From: Catajapyx aquilonaris
Lineage: Eukaryota
Assembly (NCBI GenBank): GCA_000934665.2
Contig: JYFJ02004103.1
Span: forward strand, 1-34,863
Direction: 5' to 3'
Length of the DNA: 34,863 nucleotides
Below the pieces are notes generated by a model, which worked only from the letters and a program-made list of their open reading frames with translations, was not told where the DNA came from and ran no database searches. The position numbers and the translations under genes are program-made. Each line of letters starts with the position of its first letter. Within the stretch, counting starts at the first letter, position 1. Shown in pieces: positions 11,405 through 24,000 of the stretch.

Positions 11405-14400
11405 GTGAGTACCCAGTTTGACATGCATGCTTGAATTGTTCAGTACGGAATGAAACGAACCAATAATGATTTCTTCGGGAATTATTGCAATCCCATATCA
11501 GAATGCGCTCCATTCATTTGTACTGTACCGGTGGCTATGAAAAGCACTGTACTCTCTATCGGTTTATTTTGGTTCCGCAAACTGCTCCCCTTCATTACTT
11601 TTAAAGCCATCTGTTATGGATGTACAGGAAGTAACGCTACCGTACGGCCGCCTCTTATCAGTGATGAACTTGGCATTAGTTGCCGATATCAGTCGCGAAA
11701 AACGCTTACGGCCTTACACGCCTCTCCAATGGCTATTCTCTCACCTTGCGTCCTCATACACACCTAGAATACTCCAGGAATTATGGCGGCACCATATCGA
11801 CGTTCTTTTCCACTCGATTGTCGCGGATTAACTACGTCAACTTCATGGGGAACCCAAGATTTGAATCGCACTCGGTTTATTGACACTGATAAAACCTCAA
11901 GTGTTTCATTAGTACCAGCGCATATCCGTTGAGGATAGAGTCACCTATAGTCAGCATCGGAATCAAACTATTTGAGAGGTTATTTTTAATTATCTTGCCT
12001 GGTATAGCTTGCGTTTTGCTACAGTAGAAATACAGTATTGACACGCTCTTAGTGTTTCATTAATTAATGCTTTTGGTCTGCACGAGCGGACGATATCAGT
12101 CACTGTCACAAACCGAATTTTGTTGCAGTATCCAGAAATAGGAATTGTAATCGATACATTGTATTTTTTCCCCTTCACTCCGTTCTCCTTTTCCCGCTCA
12201 ATTTTTTTGAAAAGTCAAAGACAAAAGCAAGTAGCCATATTTGACGGGCTTGTTTGCCGGTAATATTTGATCGTGGATGTGTGATACTTTATCAGGAATC
12301 GAAACCGAGAACCTGTCGGATAGATTATTGTTCCGGGTGACAAGCAGGGCTTTGTTCTCGGAATAACGAGTGTAGAACGCGCTCGGGAATGTGTACCCCA
12401 TTGTTACTCCGGAAAATGGTAGACACCAATCCGGAAATGGTGATTTTGAGAGAGGACAAGCGTGGACTGTACGATGACAGGAAGATTAATTAAGGCCGCC
12501 AATATTGAATTGCAAAAAAGTGCCCGCGACAACTTTCCATTTAATAACAACGTAATACACTGCCCTCTATAATTTAAAAAAGTAGCTATCCAAAACAGAA
12601 GGATTAGTCACTTTTCCACTCCTGTACATGTAGTTTTAACTATTCCTAGCCTACACGCGTGACTAATCTCTCATTTAGTCCTAGTCCAACTAAGTGACGA
12701 TAGCCCCCTGCTATTAGCCTCCATTTCCACCAACCCAGTTCGATAGACATTGATCTGACCAACTTCCAGGTAGCTCCAATATTGATACCCTCTAACCGCA
12801 ATGTCAGTGACAAAAATGCCCTTCGACATTAACCTGTACTCAATCGGTTTTTATCCCCCATCAGTGACGATACAGGTGTCGGAGCGACAGAAAAAGAGCA
12901 TGTCCTTCCAGTCGCACAAACACACGCACACACCTTTAGTCTGGAGGGGAGGGAAGGTGGGAGGGGATACAATATAGGGAACGGAATTTCTGGCAGCGGT
13001 CAAACATTTCTTCCTGGCAAAAGGCCTGCCTGATGGGAGCTATTCCTGACCAGCTGGCTTTTCTGGACGGAGACCACCGGGGACCCGACATTTGCCACTT
13101 ATTTCGCCAAAAAAAGTAAGAACGACGTACCGTATAAAAAGACGTGGCCCAGACAAGATGCTTCATTCAGTTGCGAGTTAGGCGCGTTACAAGCAACATT
13201 GGAGGAAGGAATAATGGGGTCTGAGGTAGTGGAGACGAGAGATAATGAGGGCTGTGGATGATAGCGTCGTAATTTTCAAGTCGGGGAGAGGTACACGAGG
13301 AATATCTACTTTTTATATGCGTATGTGTGAGCATAAACGTAAAAGTTGTCGCATAGGTAAAATATGAGACGGTTTCATCATGACAGTACTGGTAGTGAAT
13401 AATACAAAATGCACAATATTGACACGACCAAATTTGATAGCTTAGAATCAAAATTGTTGTGCCTTTCACGCACTATACAGTACTGTACATTGCAATTTGC
13501 ACAATGCCAGTTGGCAATACTTGTGTACGAATGTTGCGTTATTAATGGACCCGATTACACTCAATCATGCGTTGTCAAGGTCTTGCAGTAAACTGTGCAG
13601 TGTTGACAAGGAAATGTCATTGATCTATTATGCGATTGTGCTAAAATGTTGGCACCTGGGGTTAATGTAACGTTACGTTAGCTCAGCTTGCTGGGGTAAA
13701 TATAAAAACCCGTAGCAAATGTATCGTGCCGTAAACATATTTTCTTCGCATATTTTTTTATAGAAAATATTATAGATTACTCACACTTGGAGATGTAGCT
13801 TATCCTAACTATATGCGACGTTTAATTTGAAGGCTCCTGAGCAGAAGAAGTTAATAATTCCTGTCCTAACTGCACCATATCTTTCCTCTCCAGTAATACT
13901 CGTTCAATACTACTTACTGTACTTTTTATTATTAAAGATACGGGTTATACTACCCAATGATGAAACGGTCACGCAACACAGAAAACTAGGCTAAGATTCA
14001 AATAGTGCAGTTCGCAACCTTGCGCCGATCGCAGTTGAAGGTCTGCATACAAAAATTACCATAATCATATTTTGCCTGGTTCGATCACTTAGCTTCTGAA
14101 CGTTTGAAATGGTATGGCTAGCAGAAAATTGTGCATATTATTATATCATTATGTCGCATCATTTCATACGGTTCAAGCGTCAAAGCCTGGAGCGTGACCT
14201 TGATGATCATTATTTTGACTTCCGGTCTTCATATTCTCTGCTACCTGGTATTACCACAATCAAATGCTGCATGTCCATTATAATCTACCCAGAAATGCTC
14301 GTCGCCACGTCCAGCAGAATGGTTTCTAGCTGCGGACACTTGCGTTGCGTGACATTTATATTCCCCTCGGCAATCGTGCCAGATCTGCGTGTCTTTTTTT

Positions 14401-17038
14401 TCTTCGTTTTTATTTGTTTCCCGGTTTCGAGGGGTTTCTCCCTTCCGGCATTGCAGGACCTCATTTCAAGACAATGCATCCATAAGTCAAAGGTATAGCC
14501 TATAAATTAGATGAAGTTTCCAAACCAACACACGTGAACTCCTCGCTGCTATTTATCTAACTTTTATCGCTCCTAACATTTATCATTGGGAAAAGAAAAT
14601 GAGTTTGGGGATGAGAAAGGATCACACTGATGCAATTTTTAAAATGTCAAACTATATCTTGGCCCTAGCTCAAGTTAGTGTTAATAGTCCTTCACGGATC
14701 ATCGCATAGTTTTGCTACAAAATCGAGGCAAAAAAAACCGCAGCAGGAACTAAATTCATCGAGGGAATTTCGCATGGGTGCTTGGTCCGTGTATCGAACC
14801 CGGATCTGTACAGATAACTTACTTGCACAATTCGGTCGCTCCACCATTTACAGATTAATGAACCCGATACATGACGAATGAAATTGCCTCATATGTTATA
14901 ATCACCTATATTATTCGTCGCTACGGCACAAATAAAGAGAGTAAATTTTTTTGGTGAGCTGAAAGTAACATAGGACCGGGACATCAGATCCTCATTTAGA
15001 TAATGGCGCTACAAAAATAATCGCTCAGTTGGGCTACGTGTAGCATCCAACATGCCATGCATATCCGCGTTAGTCTCATACTAGATATCGTCTAATTCCG
15101 CCATTTCCACTGCCCCAAATCCATCAGGTTGACTGGCGGAGGAATGTTTAGCATCGAGCCTATTGTGTTGCAGGCCATGTATTTATTGTTGGGCTGCAGT
15201 CAAACGTGTCGACAGCAGAAGGAATTTCGCATACTGGCACGTCGATGACAGCTGCCAAATTGCATCTTTGGAAGGTTCGTATTCAGCCTGGTTCCTTTTC
15301 GACGATTTTCTTCTGGAAGGTCGTGGCGTTTGACAGCTGAGATATTACATTTACTGCGAAACCGCAGCTCCAGCAAGTGAAAAGCGTGCGTGTCAGGTGA
15401 GATGATACTTTATGGTGGTGGGTCTGGTACCATGTAATATTCAGGTATTGTCTGACATGCGAGTGGCTGGATGATGGCGAGGCTGACGAAACTCTTCCTC
15501 TGGAGAGTAAAACGGAAGCGGAAGAATAAATATTGTTTTTTATATGCGGAATGTGGCATGTCTCAAAGTACGGTATGTCTACGTTACGTGATATTGCACA
15601 GTTGGTTGTTTCAGAACCGGCCCGAAATAATTGTTTGGTGTAAATGAGAGCTGAAAAAGTGGGAGTGGCATTAAATAGCGCTTTAACAAAGCCTGTTAAC
15701 TTAAACATGGGCAATTACGCCGTGACTACCGTGACTGGTCGTAAACACGGTCAGAGTGCACCAGTTGGTCACTCTGTATTTCCAATAATCAATAGAGCCC
15801 GGTCGTTTTGTCCAACCCGTTACGCAACGTAATCGTCTAATAAGGAATTGATATGAAAAACATGCGTAACGTGAAAAGTACTGGTTGAATCAAACGCTCT
15901 CGAGCCGTTATTTCAAACCAGACCTATAAATACCAAAGTCGTATTTTATTAATGTTTTTTTGGGTATGGGGCAGTGGGCAGAATGCTATATGCGTCCCTT
16001 TTGTATGGAAAATAAGTCTGACTTTCTGACTACTGTGTCTATAGTTTCATTTCCGTGCCCACACAAAGACCCTTCCAGACACAAAGATGATTAGTTCATG
16101 TTATTCTTTAACATATATCCGGCTTAAAATAAGTCCGACCCATTTTTTGCATTATGTTCGGGTTTTATGGCTGTAATGTGTAAAGTTTATCAACACCAGT
16201 ACAGTGAAGTCTGTCTATTGAACTTGAATACTGTATACCGGAAACGTGTCAAAAACTTTTTTATTTGGTTCCTGATATTTATTTTCCACGAATTTTTGCC
16301 GCATATTTGGCCAGTATTGTTAATTTTTACAGAGCAGAGCAACTCCTCTAAAAACAGGTTTCACTGTACCATAATATTATCCAGTCAAACAAACTTGGCG
16401 TGTCAAACTTTAAAGCCTTTCTTATATCACCAATAACGAAACGTGGCCCACCTTTATTCAAGGAACATACAGTTTCAGCCTCCTGTATAATTCCAATAAA
16501 TATTAAAAGGAAAAACCTTGTTAAAGCAATTTTCTGTAATGAGAAATTGCCCTAGTGAGCTTACAGATTAGCGCAGTACTCATAAACATACGGTTATCTC
16601 TCCCGCCTTATACGATGCCAGTATTTCCATCGATCAGGATGATCATAATAATGCACACGGTACATATCACTTGTTGACTTTTACTAACAAGGTCTGACCT
16701 AGTAAAACCCGCCCTGCTTTTGCGACGTAAAAACTGAGCAGAGCAAACAAGCCAGCAATAATAAAATATTGTCACTTAGCGCTCTTCATCGCTTTCGAAA
16801 AATAAACTGCACGTGCGTGCTGTATCCACAGCATGGCACCTTATCGCATCCTATTTACTCAGGGGATGATTTAGTTACTCTCTTATGGCATGATAGAGGT
16901 CAGTAATTTTGACCTAATTATGAGGTTAAGCATTCGGGGGAGCCTAATTATTTTGCAAAATTGATAGCAAAACGGGATGGTGCTGATTACTTTTAAAGTC
17001 CCATTTTTAATGATTAGATGAAAATTTGGGTTAATAAA

Positions 17039-17424
17039 CATTGCGGCATGTGGATTCTGCAAGTGCGAATTGGTAAATTTGGGGTGCCTTCCCGTGACCC
17101 TGCGCCACCCCTGCAGGCAGGAAAAAAAAAGTAAGACGATGGATTTTTCATATGGGATGCACAACTGCATCGTTTCTATTTTAAAGCTATTTTTTTTCTA
17201 CGCATAGGCAAGTCACCAGCCACCCAATATCATGGTTTAAAAGAAAAAAAAATGGAGCCTAGAGTATGAATAATACATAACATCATGTAGCATCGCACAT
17301 GGAAGAGAAGTTTAATTATTTTTTTTCCTAGCCAAAACCTAGGGGTGGCGCAGGGTCACGGGAAGGCACCCCATAGCAAAAAATTTACCCTTTCACACCT
17401 TCCGAATTCAACATGGCAGCAATC
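17039..17424. mobile_element. Old foldback element with perfect 33-bp inverted core
   Basis: TGGGGTGCCTTCCCGTGACCCTGCGCCACCCCT (17080-17112) is the exact reverse complement of 17341-17373. The flanking and inner arms align only degenerately (e.g. GGTAAATTT/AAATTTACC, AGGAAAAAAAA/TTTTTTTTCCT). Confidence 0.7.
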
Positions 17425-20400
17425 TAAATTTGGATCCTGCCTTCAGAGTTGTTGTTCTAACAGGTAGAAAAATGTGGCTTTTGAGAATCGGTATTATCGC
17501 GGAATTATAGTGCGATTTTATTTTGTAAATTATTATTTCAAAATCATAGCAGGCTCCTACATCATCAAATAATATGTGTCACGATCTGAATGCTCAGTTC
17601 CCATTTACGTTCATTATGCTTACTACGAAAATATAAGTTGGGAAAAACTAGGTGGTATCGGATAGTCAAAACTCATAATATATTGTAAAGCGAGAGTTCC
17701 CATTAAAATGTCCGTATTTGTTAAAAATTTGTTGGAACTAAGCTGCTTATTTTTTGTAGTGACTTTTAACGAAAAGTATGATCTGCTGTGGTGTTAGGCC
17801 GAATTGAATTATCGTTCCAAACCATGAATTGCAATTACGTGTACCGTATATCCGATTGGGGGATGGCCCAACTGAGCAATTGGCACTGGATGTCAATGAT
17901 AGAATCCATTTTTGCAGGCCACACTCTCTTTTACTAGCTTTAAAAGGGATGGATCCAACAACCTAATGTAACCAGAAAATACTTTTGATAAACACTAAAA
18001 GTAGCCTAACTGTGCAAAAGTAGCTGTTTAAAATTAATAATTCAATGCCAAAAAATTGCTAACAGCTAAGGACATAACTTGAGTCTTCTTTTGTATCGCT
18101 GACTGTCCCTTATAGGAAAAGATTGTGATGAGAGTATGCATGTTTCTTTGCCCAAGTTGATGATCCATAGAGAGGCTGTGAAAAGTTAATGTAGCCTATT
18201 AGTTCGAACTCCAATCCCGACGAGGTACAAAGTTTGGGTTTCCTTTACCTTTTTGCATGCCGACAACTTGGTTTGCATCGCCAAGGGTGACTAATTCATC
18301 AACTTTCGCCTGCCTCGTCTCTGTGGATAGTCAAGTTAAGTAATATTATGCAATGTAGGTAGTATGCGGGTATGGTATGAACCTTCCCAAAAAATTACGA
18401 AAGAGAAATAATTTGCAGAATTTTGAAGATCAGGTTAGATTTAATCGCATTAAAGCTCCCAATAGCTATCTAATGCGAAACACATCACGCACATAAAATA
18501 TCAACAACATTGGCATAACTTCATCAAAAAGCTATGACCATCATCCTGAATCTGAGCCTCAAACAGCCCCGACAATAATATACCTCGTTACGTGATCAAA
18601 ATGACGCGATGGTCTCTGTTTATTTCTAGAATAATCTCTTAAAATCTCTTGCAACGTAAACCATTTTCCGAAAGAAATCCTGAAGGTGTCTTGCATTTCA
18701 TAGAGCCCACACCTGATGGTTCACGTACTAGGCGATGACGTCATTTAATCCTGACTCACGCCAGGGTGAAGCCAAGTGACATTTTTGAACTTGGCACCGA
18801 ATCTTCTTTCCTTACGCATAAAAATAATATTGCAGAATCAACTGTTAGGGCTTCTTAGCAAACAAGCCTTATTAATATTCTGCCCTGCATTTGTCACCCT
18901 GCAATTAATGGGCCCTTTTATACACGGATTATTAATTTTCCGTAATGAATATTAACCTCGCAGGTGGGAAAATACGACCAGTGGCAGGAATATGAATAGT
19001 CTAATTCAACTTTTCGAATCCAGGAAATCCTACAAATGTAATAATAGCAATTATGTATTTTTATTACAGCTTTCTTGCATATTATTATAGGTAGTGTGGA
19101 ACACAGCCCTTTATTGTGTAGCATCTGATATAGTTATTTTAATTTGACATGTGAAGTGCCAGGTAGCAACCGTTCAAATAGGTCATATGGCGATGACGAT
19201 TATTTTTGTCATCGTCATCCTTGTATTGATTTCTAAAAGTGTCTCTTTCTTCTGAGCTCCTTTGCTTTTGAGGGCGTACTGGTACATCAGTGTTGCTATG
19301 CGACACTCAATTTAGCGCAATATCTTTGCCGCGTTGCGTAAGTGACGTAACACGGAATACCACCATTTTAAGGGGTCATTCGCCAAGATCTTTTTGGGTC
19401 CAAGAATGATGAGACGGAGTTGGATGAACTTCACGAGTTGGCATAAACTGATGCTGCGCTCAAGTTTTGACTGATGATGAGAAATTGATGTATGCGTGCA
19501 AAAGCCGGCAGGCCTTGAGGGTTTCCTACATTTTGGGCCGACTCGGGGAAGTCATGCCATACCCGACTTCCGCCTTGGCCGAAACTGCAGCCGTCGGTTA
19601 TACAGCTGCGGCAAAACTCGTCTTGCGCAATATGACGTGGGGGGTGCCAGAAACGTTCAAAGACAGTAATTGGGAGCGACGTGAAACGAGTCACGGAAAC
19701 TTATGATGCCAGGGCTTGATAATTTCTGAGCCCCCCTGAGCAATCCTGAAACTTGCCCTCCCACCATTTTTTTATCCATCTTGCAAAATCACATATGCCC
19801 ACATGTGTGCATGTCTGTCCAATAGTCACGGTACAGTACACGGAGCCTTATTGCGGCGTTTGAAAACAACCCCCAGTTGCCACGGCATGACCCTAGAGGT
19901 CAGGTCTGACATTGTCCTTTGCCCTGATGTGCCCTCTCCTTGCCACCATGGCGCATTATTTTACTACCTGTATACATCGGCTAGTGTCCTAGCAACCGTA
20001 GCTATATATTATTTATATATTGTATCCATAGTAACTCAATTATAGGTTCGATGTCTCAAATCTTTCGGGCAATCATAATCGTCACCTTTTACCGTAATGC
20101 ATTCAGGCAATCCATGACCAAATATGGCGGCGTACACTCTGCTACACGTGTTCCAATCGCCATCTTGGATTCAGGTGTAGGCAGGTTAAGCCTTTAGGGA
20201 TGAGAATTATGTTGAAAATCGTAATGTCACTGTGGTCTAGCTGTAAAGGGAATGTAGTTGTGCAACCGGGGGCAGAAGAGGGGGGGGATAAAAACTGCTT
20301 CCGGGCTTGGGTCGATAGTGGAACCAAGCAAGTACGTAGTTCACGTGGAAGGAAATTATTTTAAAGAGGTTTTATTTTCTTTCCTTTAGTATCGGCTCGA

Positions 20401-20663
20401 GTTCGCTTAATGGGAAGGCATGCAACTATGCTTTGGGGATGGCGAAGGTCATAATGTCTGTGCACAGTAAGGCCAATTGTATTTATTGCTATTGGTTCTC
20501 ATTATATTGCAGGAAACGCGAGCAATACAGTCGCATCTATGTTTGGTAAACGCTAAATGTGTTAATAATACGGTCGATAGCAACAAAAATGTGTAAGTTA
20601 TTACAGGAATTGCGCAATTTTCCGCATTCCTCTAGCCAGGTTTATGATGTAATGTACTGTATA

Positions 20664-21097
20664 CAGGGTTTGGAAATTTAACCTACCGTCGCTTTGGGAA
20701 ATGATAGAGGGGTCGTAGGCAATCAATTTGAGTATATGCAACATGGGTCTCCGATGCAAGTTACCGAGATAGTGTGCTTCAAATACAAAGTATAAAATAT
20801 CCTGGCACGTATGCGTCCCTCCACGCGACCTTGCATTTTTCATTTAAATTTAAGGTGCTACCATGTAATTTAATTTTAATTTACGATCCTGTTATGTGCA
20901 GCAGTGAATGGCCTAGGCGATGGAAGTACCGTAAACAGTATCCGAACCCTATAAGCTGGGGTAATGCACTTTTTATTTAATGCTAATTATCTCGGTAACT
21001 GCGTCGGAGACCCATGTTGTGCACACTCAAAGTGATCGCCTAGAACACCTCTATCATTTCCAAAAAGCGACGGTATAGGTTAAATTTCCGAACCCTG
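20664..21097. mobile_element. Tc1/mariner-type MITE (434 bp) with ~110-bp TIRs and TA TSD
   Basis: The left end reads TA|CAGGGTTTGGAAATTTAACCTA...CAACATGGGTCTCCGA...GTTACCGAGATA. The right end reads TATCTCGGTAAC...TCGGAGACCCATGTTG...TAGGTTAAATTTCCGAACCCTG|TA. There is no coding capacity. Confidence 0.88.
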
Positions 21098-24000
21098 TAT
21101 ATCGTACTTTGGCAGTTATGAGAAGCAGCCTACAAGCACATTAACAGTTCAGTGATTTCATCAGCTACATATGTAACTTTTCTCCTAGATTAGCATTAGC
21201 AATCATCTGATTCAATAATAACTAACTGATGTGATTCAAATAATTGGGGTTGTTAATATTTCTACATGAAAGGATCCAATATTGCACTATCCTAATGAGC
21301 TTGAAATATACCTGAGCATATACTGTAGACTCTGAACAGCTCGGTCGTACAGTATTCCTTTGCCAACACTAAATCCGCAAGTTCAAGAAAAGACCTCAAT
21401 TACTGGAAGTGGCTCAAGATCCGTCCTTTTGCAGCATCTAGTTTGTCCTTGACACATGTTTTCCTCAAAAACCAACGTCTCCACATCAGTTATATTCCTC
21501 AGTTGTCACCGGTCCTGTCAGTTCAGCTGAACGATCTCCCCATCGAGATGCCTTTGTTGAAAACTTGTGAGGGACTCCTCAAGTTCAGGTTGTTGTGCAA
21601 CGTCCATACAAGGAATTCTGTACGAACTCAATTCTCCCAGCGCCCCTTTGTCAGAAAACGTGACAAAGGCTGGGTCCGAGAGTTTCCAGGGATGTGGAAA
21701 TACACTCTGAACATAACTGGTAGTAGATGTGTCTGCGGGAGGGAGGGAGGAGGGGAGGAGGAAGCAGGAGATGATGGTTTAACTAGCACCCGCTGTGCTC
21801 AGACGTGTCTGTTTCGGAGAAAATCCCGTTTTGTTTGCTTGTCTTCACTCTGCAGTTGGGCATCGGTATGACGTAAGCTTAGCCGTATCCAGCTGTGCCA
21901 TTTTTTTCTTGCGGTATATGGAAAAAGCGGAAAACTTTTTATAAACCATCCGATGGATAGGTAGTACTGCAGGTGCGGTATTACATTATGGGCACGTGTC
22001 TATCGATTTCCGGGAAGGTCCCTTGGTCCTATTTTTCTTTCCTGCCGCAGAGTCTTCTTCTCTCGACTGGCATGTCTTTTTTAGATCTCTTTCAATTCCC
22101 TCTGTCTCAGCTTCGATGTTATCCACGGACTTCCTGATTAAGGTTTAATGTGAGGTTCTATTCGATAAACAAGAAACACCTGTGGCTCCTACGATAGCGG
22201 CCTTGACACTTGAACTTCTCAATGCTTTTCACTATTCATCATGTGGGGTCGGATATCGTGTTATGGCACTTTAGCGGTTTTAAACCTGGTCATACGCCAA
22301 TCGTCTCAAGAATATAAACACGACGGTTAAGGTATAAGCAAAAGCGCAATCCCTTCAAAATGAATATGATCTACATTCTAATATTTTAAGACACTGCTTT
22401 CGACGGATATTTAGGCCTCCGAGAAATTTTAAAATTATTTTTGAGAAGCTCATCTATATTCATCATTGACTACTTCAAATATGATTTCCGCCTCCACTAT
22501 TTTATGAACATAAGTTTTGTCAAAATTTCCTATTGCAGTATGGTAGTAGAAAATAAATACACTACAACAAGAACGTAATATAATAAATCTGGTGTGGAAT
22601 GTAAGCTACAGTGCTCCAAGGCCTGTAAAAATTCCGTAAAGGCGGCAGCAGAAGACGGTCCCTGTTACTAGTGATGAAGTAGCCAATCTCGCAGACATAT
22701 TTACCGTGCGAAAAAAAGAGCGAAGCAAATCGATCCGAGGAGTTACTCCCTGGGAGAGCTTTTGTCTGCTTTATAAATCCGTCGAAAGAGCAACGTCATA
22801 CTTTAAATCAACCGTCACTGTAATACTTTGTCCCCATGATTCAATTTCCTGACCTGTCTGACAAATGACACTGCATGCACTTGTGGCGGGTGGCCATGAA
22901 TCATTAATTGCACTCTATGCTCTAGTCAATATACCTACGGTCACGGTTATGAATACGATCACGTGAATGGTTATTTTTGTGATGACTGCAGGGTTGTCCA
23001 CGGGTGTCTATAAATTTCTTTTTTTAAAAGTATTGCTGTGTATTTAAAAGCTGATGACAATACCTTGTGCTATGTCCGATATTGATATTTGCTTTAGAAA
23101 ATTATTGTTTGATGACTTAACAGAGTAGGCCTATAGCAGAAGTCGAATGTAGAGAATATAGCTATATGACAAACCTATAGGCAGAGGTTGATGTATAGGT
23201 ATTTCAACGCAGTGCTCTTATAAAAGCCTGGTCGATGAAATATAGAGAGAAAGGAAAGAAGGAAGCGCTGGTTTATTTCTGCACTTACGAGAATATTTGA
23301 CCTCAAAAAACATTATTATTCCACTCCACAGTGTTTTCAGGAGGAGGAGGAAAGATAGTGTTATTGGTGTCGTTGTCATGACCTGACAAGATTTTGTGGA
23401 AGGATCTGGAACGTGGAAGTGCTACGAAATCATATCAAATGTGACCCAGCTCCTAACTCAGTTTCTATTGGTCCGTTGAAAGTGAGGTCTGCATTACAAT
23501 GTGCAGGTATAGCAATTCGCCCTACCCTGCAGATTGCATGTTTCAAAAATGCACAAAAATCAATAACCTCTTATAAACAATTTCCATTTCCAAAATTATC
23601 ACTACTGTTGCTGTTTTTGTTAAAAGGGACGGTTGCAGAACAATAATTTAAATCCTCCTAAAATAGTCGCTTTATTTTCAACACTGCCTCTAGGCAAGTG
23701 GAAGTCCCAGCACGGGTTTAAAAATATATGAACGGCTTAAAAACATAAGTGGTGGCTGTCCACCCTGTATATATTTCATTTTGTTCTCACTGAACGTGTA
23801 TATACGTGACCGGAATCCGGGAAAAGCAAGCTAGGCTAATACCCCTTTTCCGAGCTGAGCGAAATGAGAGAAGCAAACTGAGGGCTTGCTGTACAAACCT
23901 CCCCTTTTAAAAATTTCAAAGGGGTGTTCCACTCAGCCTGGAATCCTGTCAGCTCTTCAAACCTCCGGATTCACCCTAGTTTTTCCATGGGTCATGAGCT

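Noticed and set aside
11406..11408. TGA as the true stop of the exchanger gene
   Set aside because: It lies within the GTGAGT donor; the protein would lack the rest of CBD2 and the alpha-2 transmembrane half.
10563..11513. 316-aa minus-strand ORF, plus smaller ORFs at 9777-11263
   Set aside because: These are antisense or off-frame shadows of the GC3-rich NCX exon and have no recognisable domain.
15320..15403. Candidate cassette exon ending at CAG|GTGAGA
   Set aside because: Both nearby acceptors give in-frame stops in the required phase, and there is no NCX similarity.
19467..19706. ORF (LTDDEKL...LGRLGEV...KLVLRN) faintly resembling the NCX post-CBD2 segment
   Set aside because: It lacks the conserved ES-x-EFK and SWREQF motifs and clear splice sites, so the similarity is probably chance.
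21112..21155. SYEK-encoding stretch as a candidate next NCX exon
   Set aside because: The surrounding residues do not match CBD2, a stop follows, and it abuts a MITE end.
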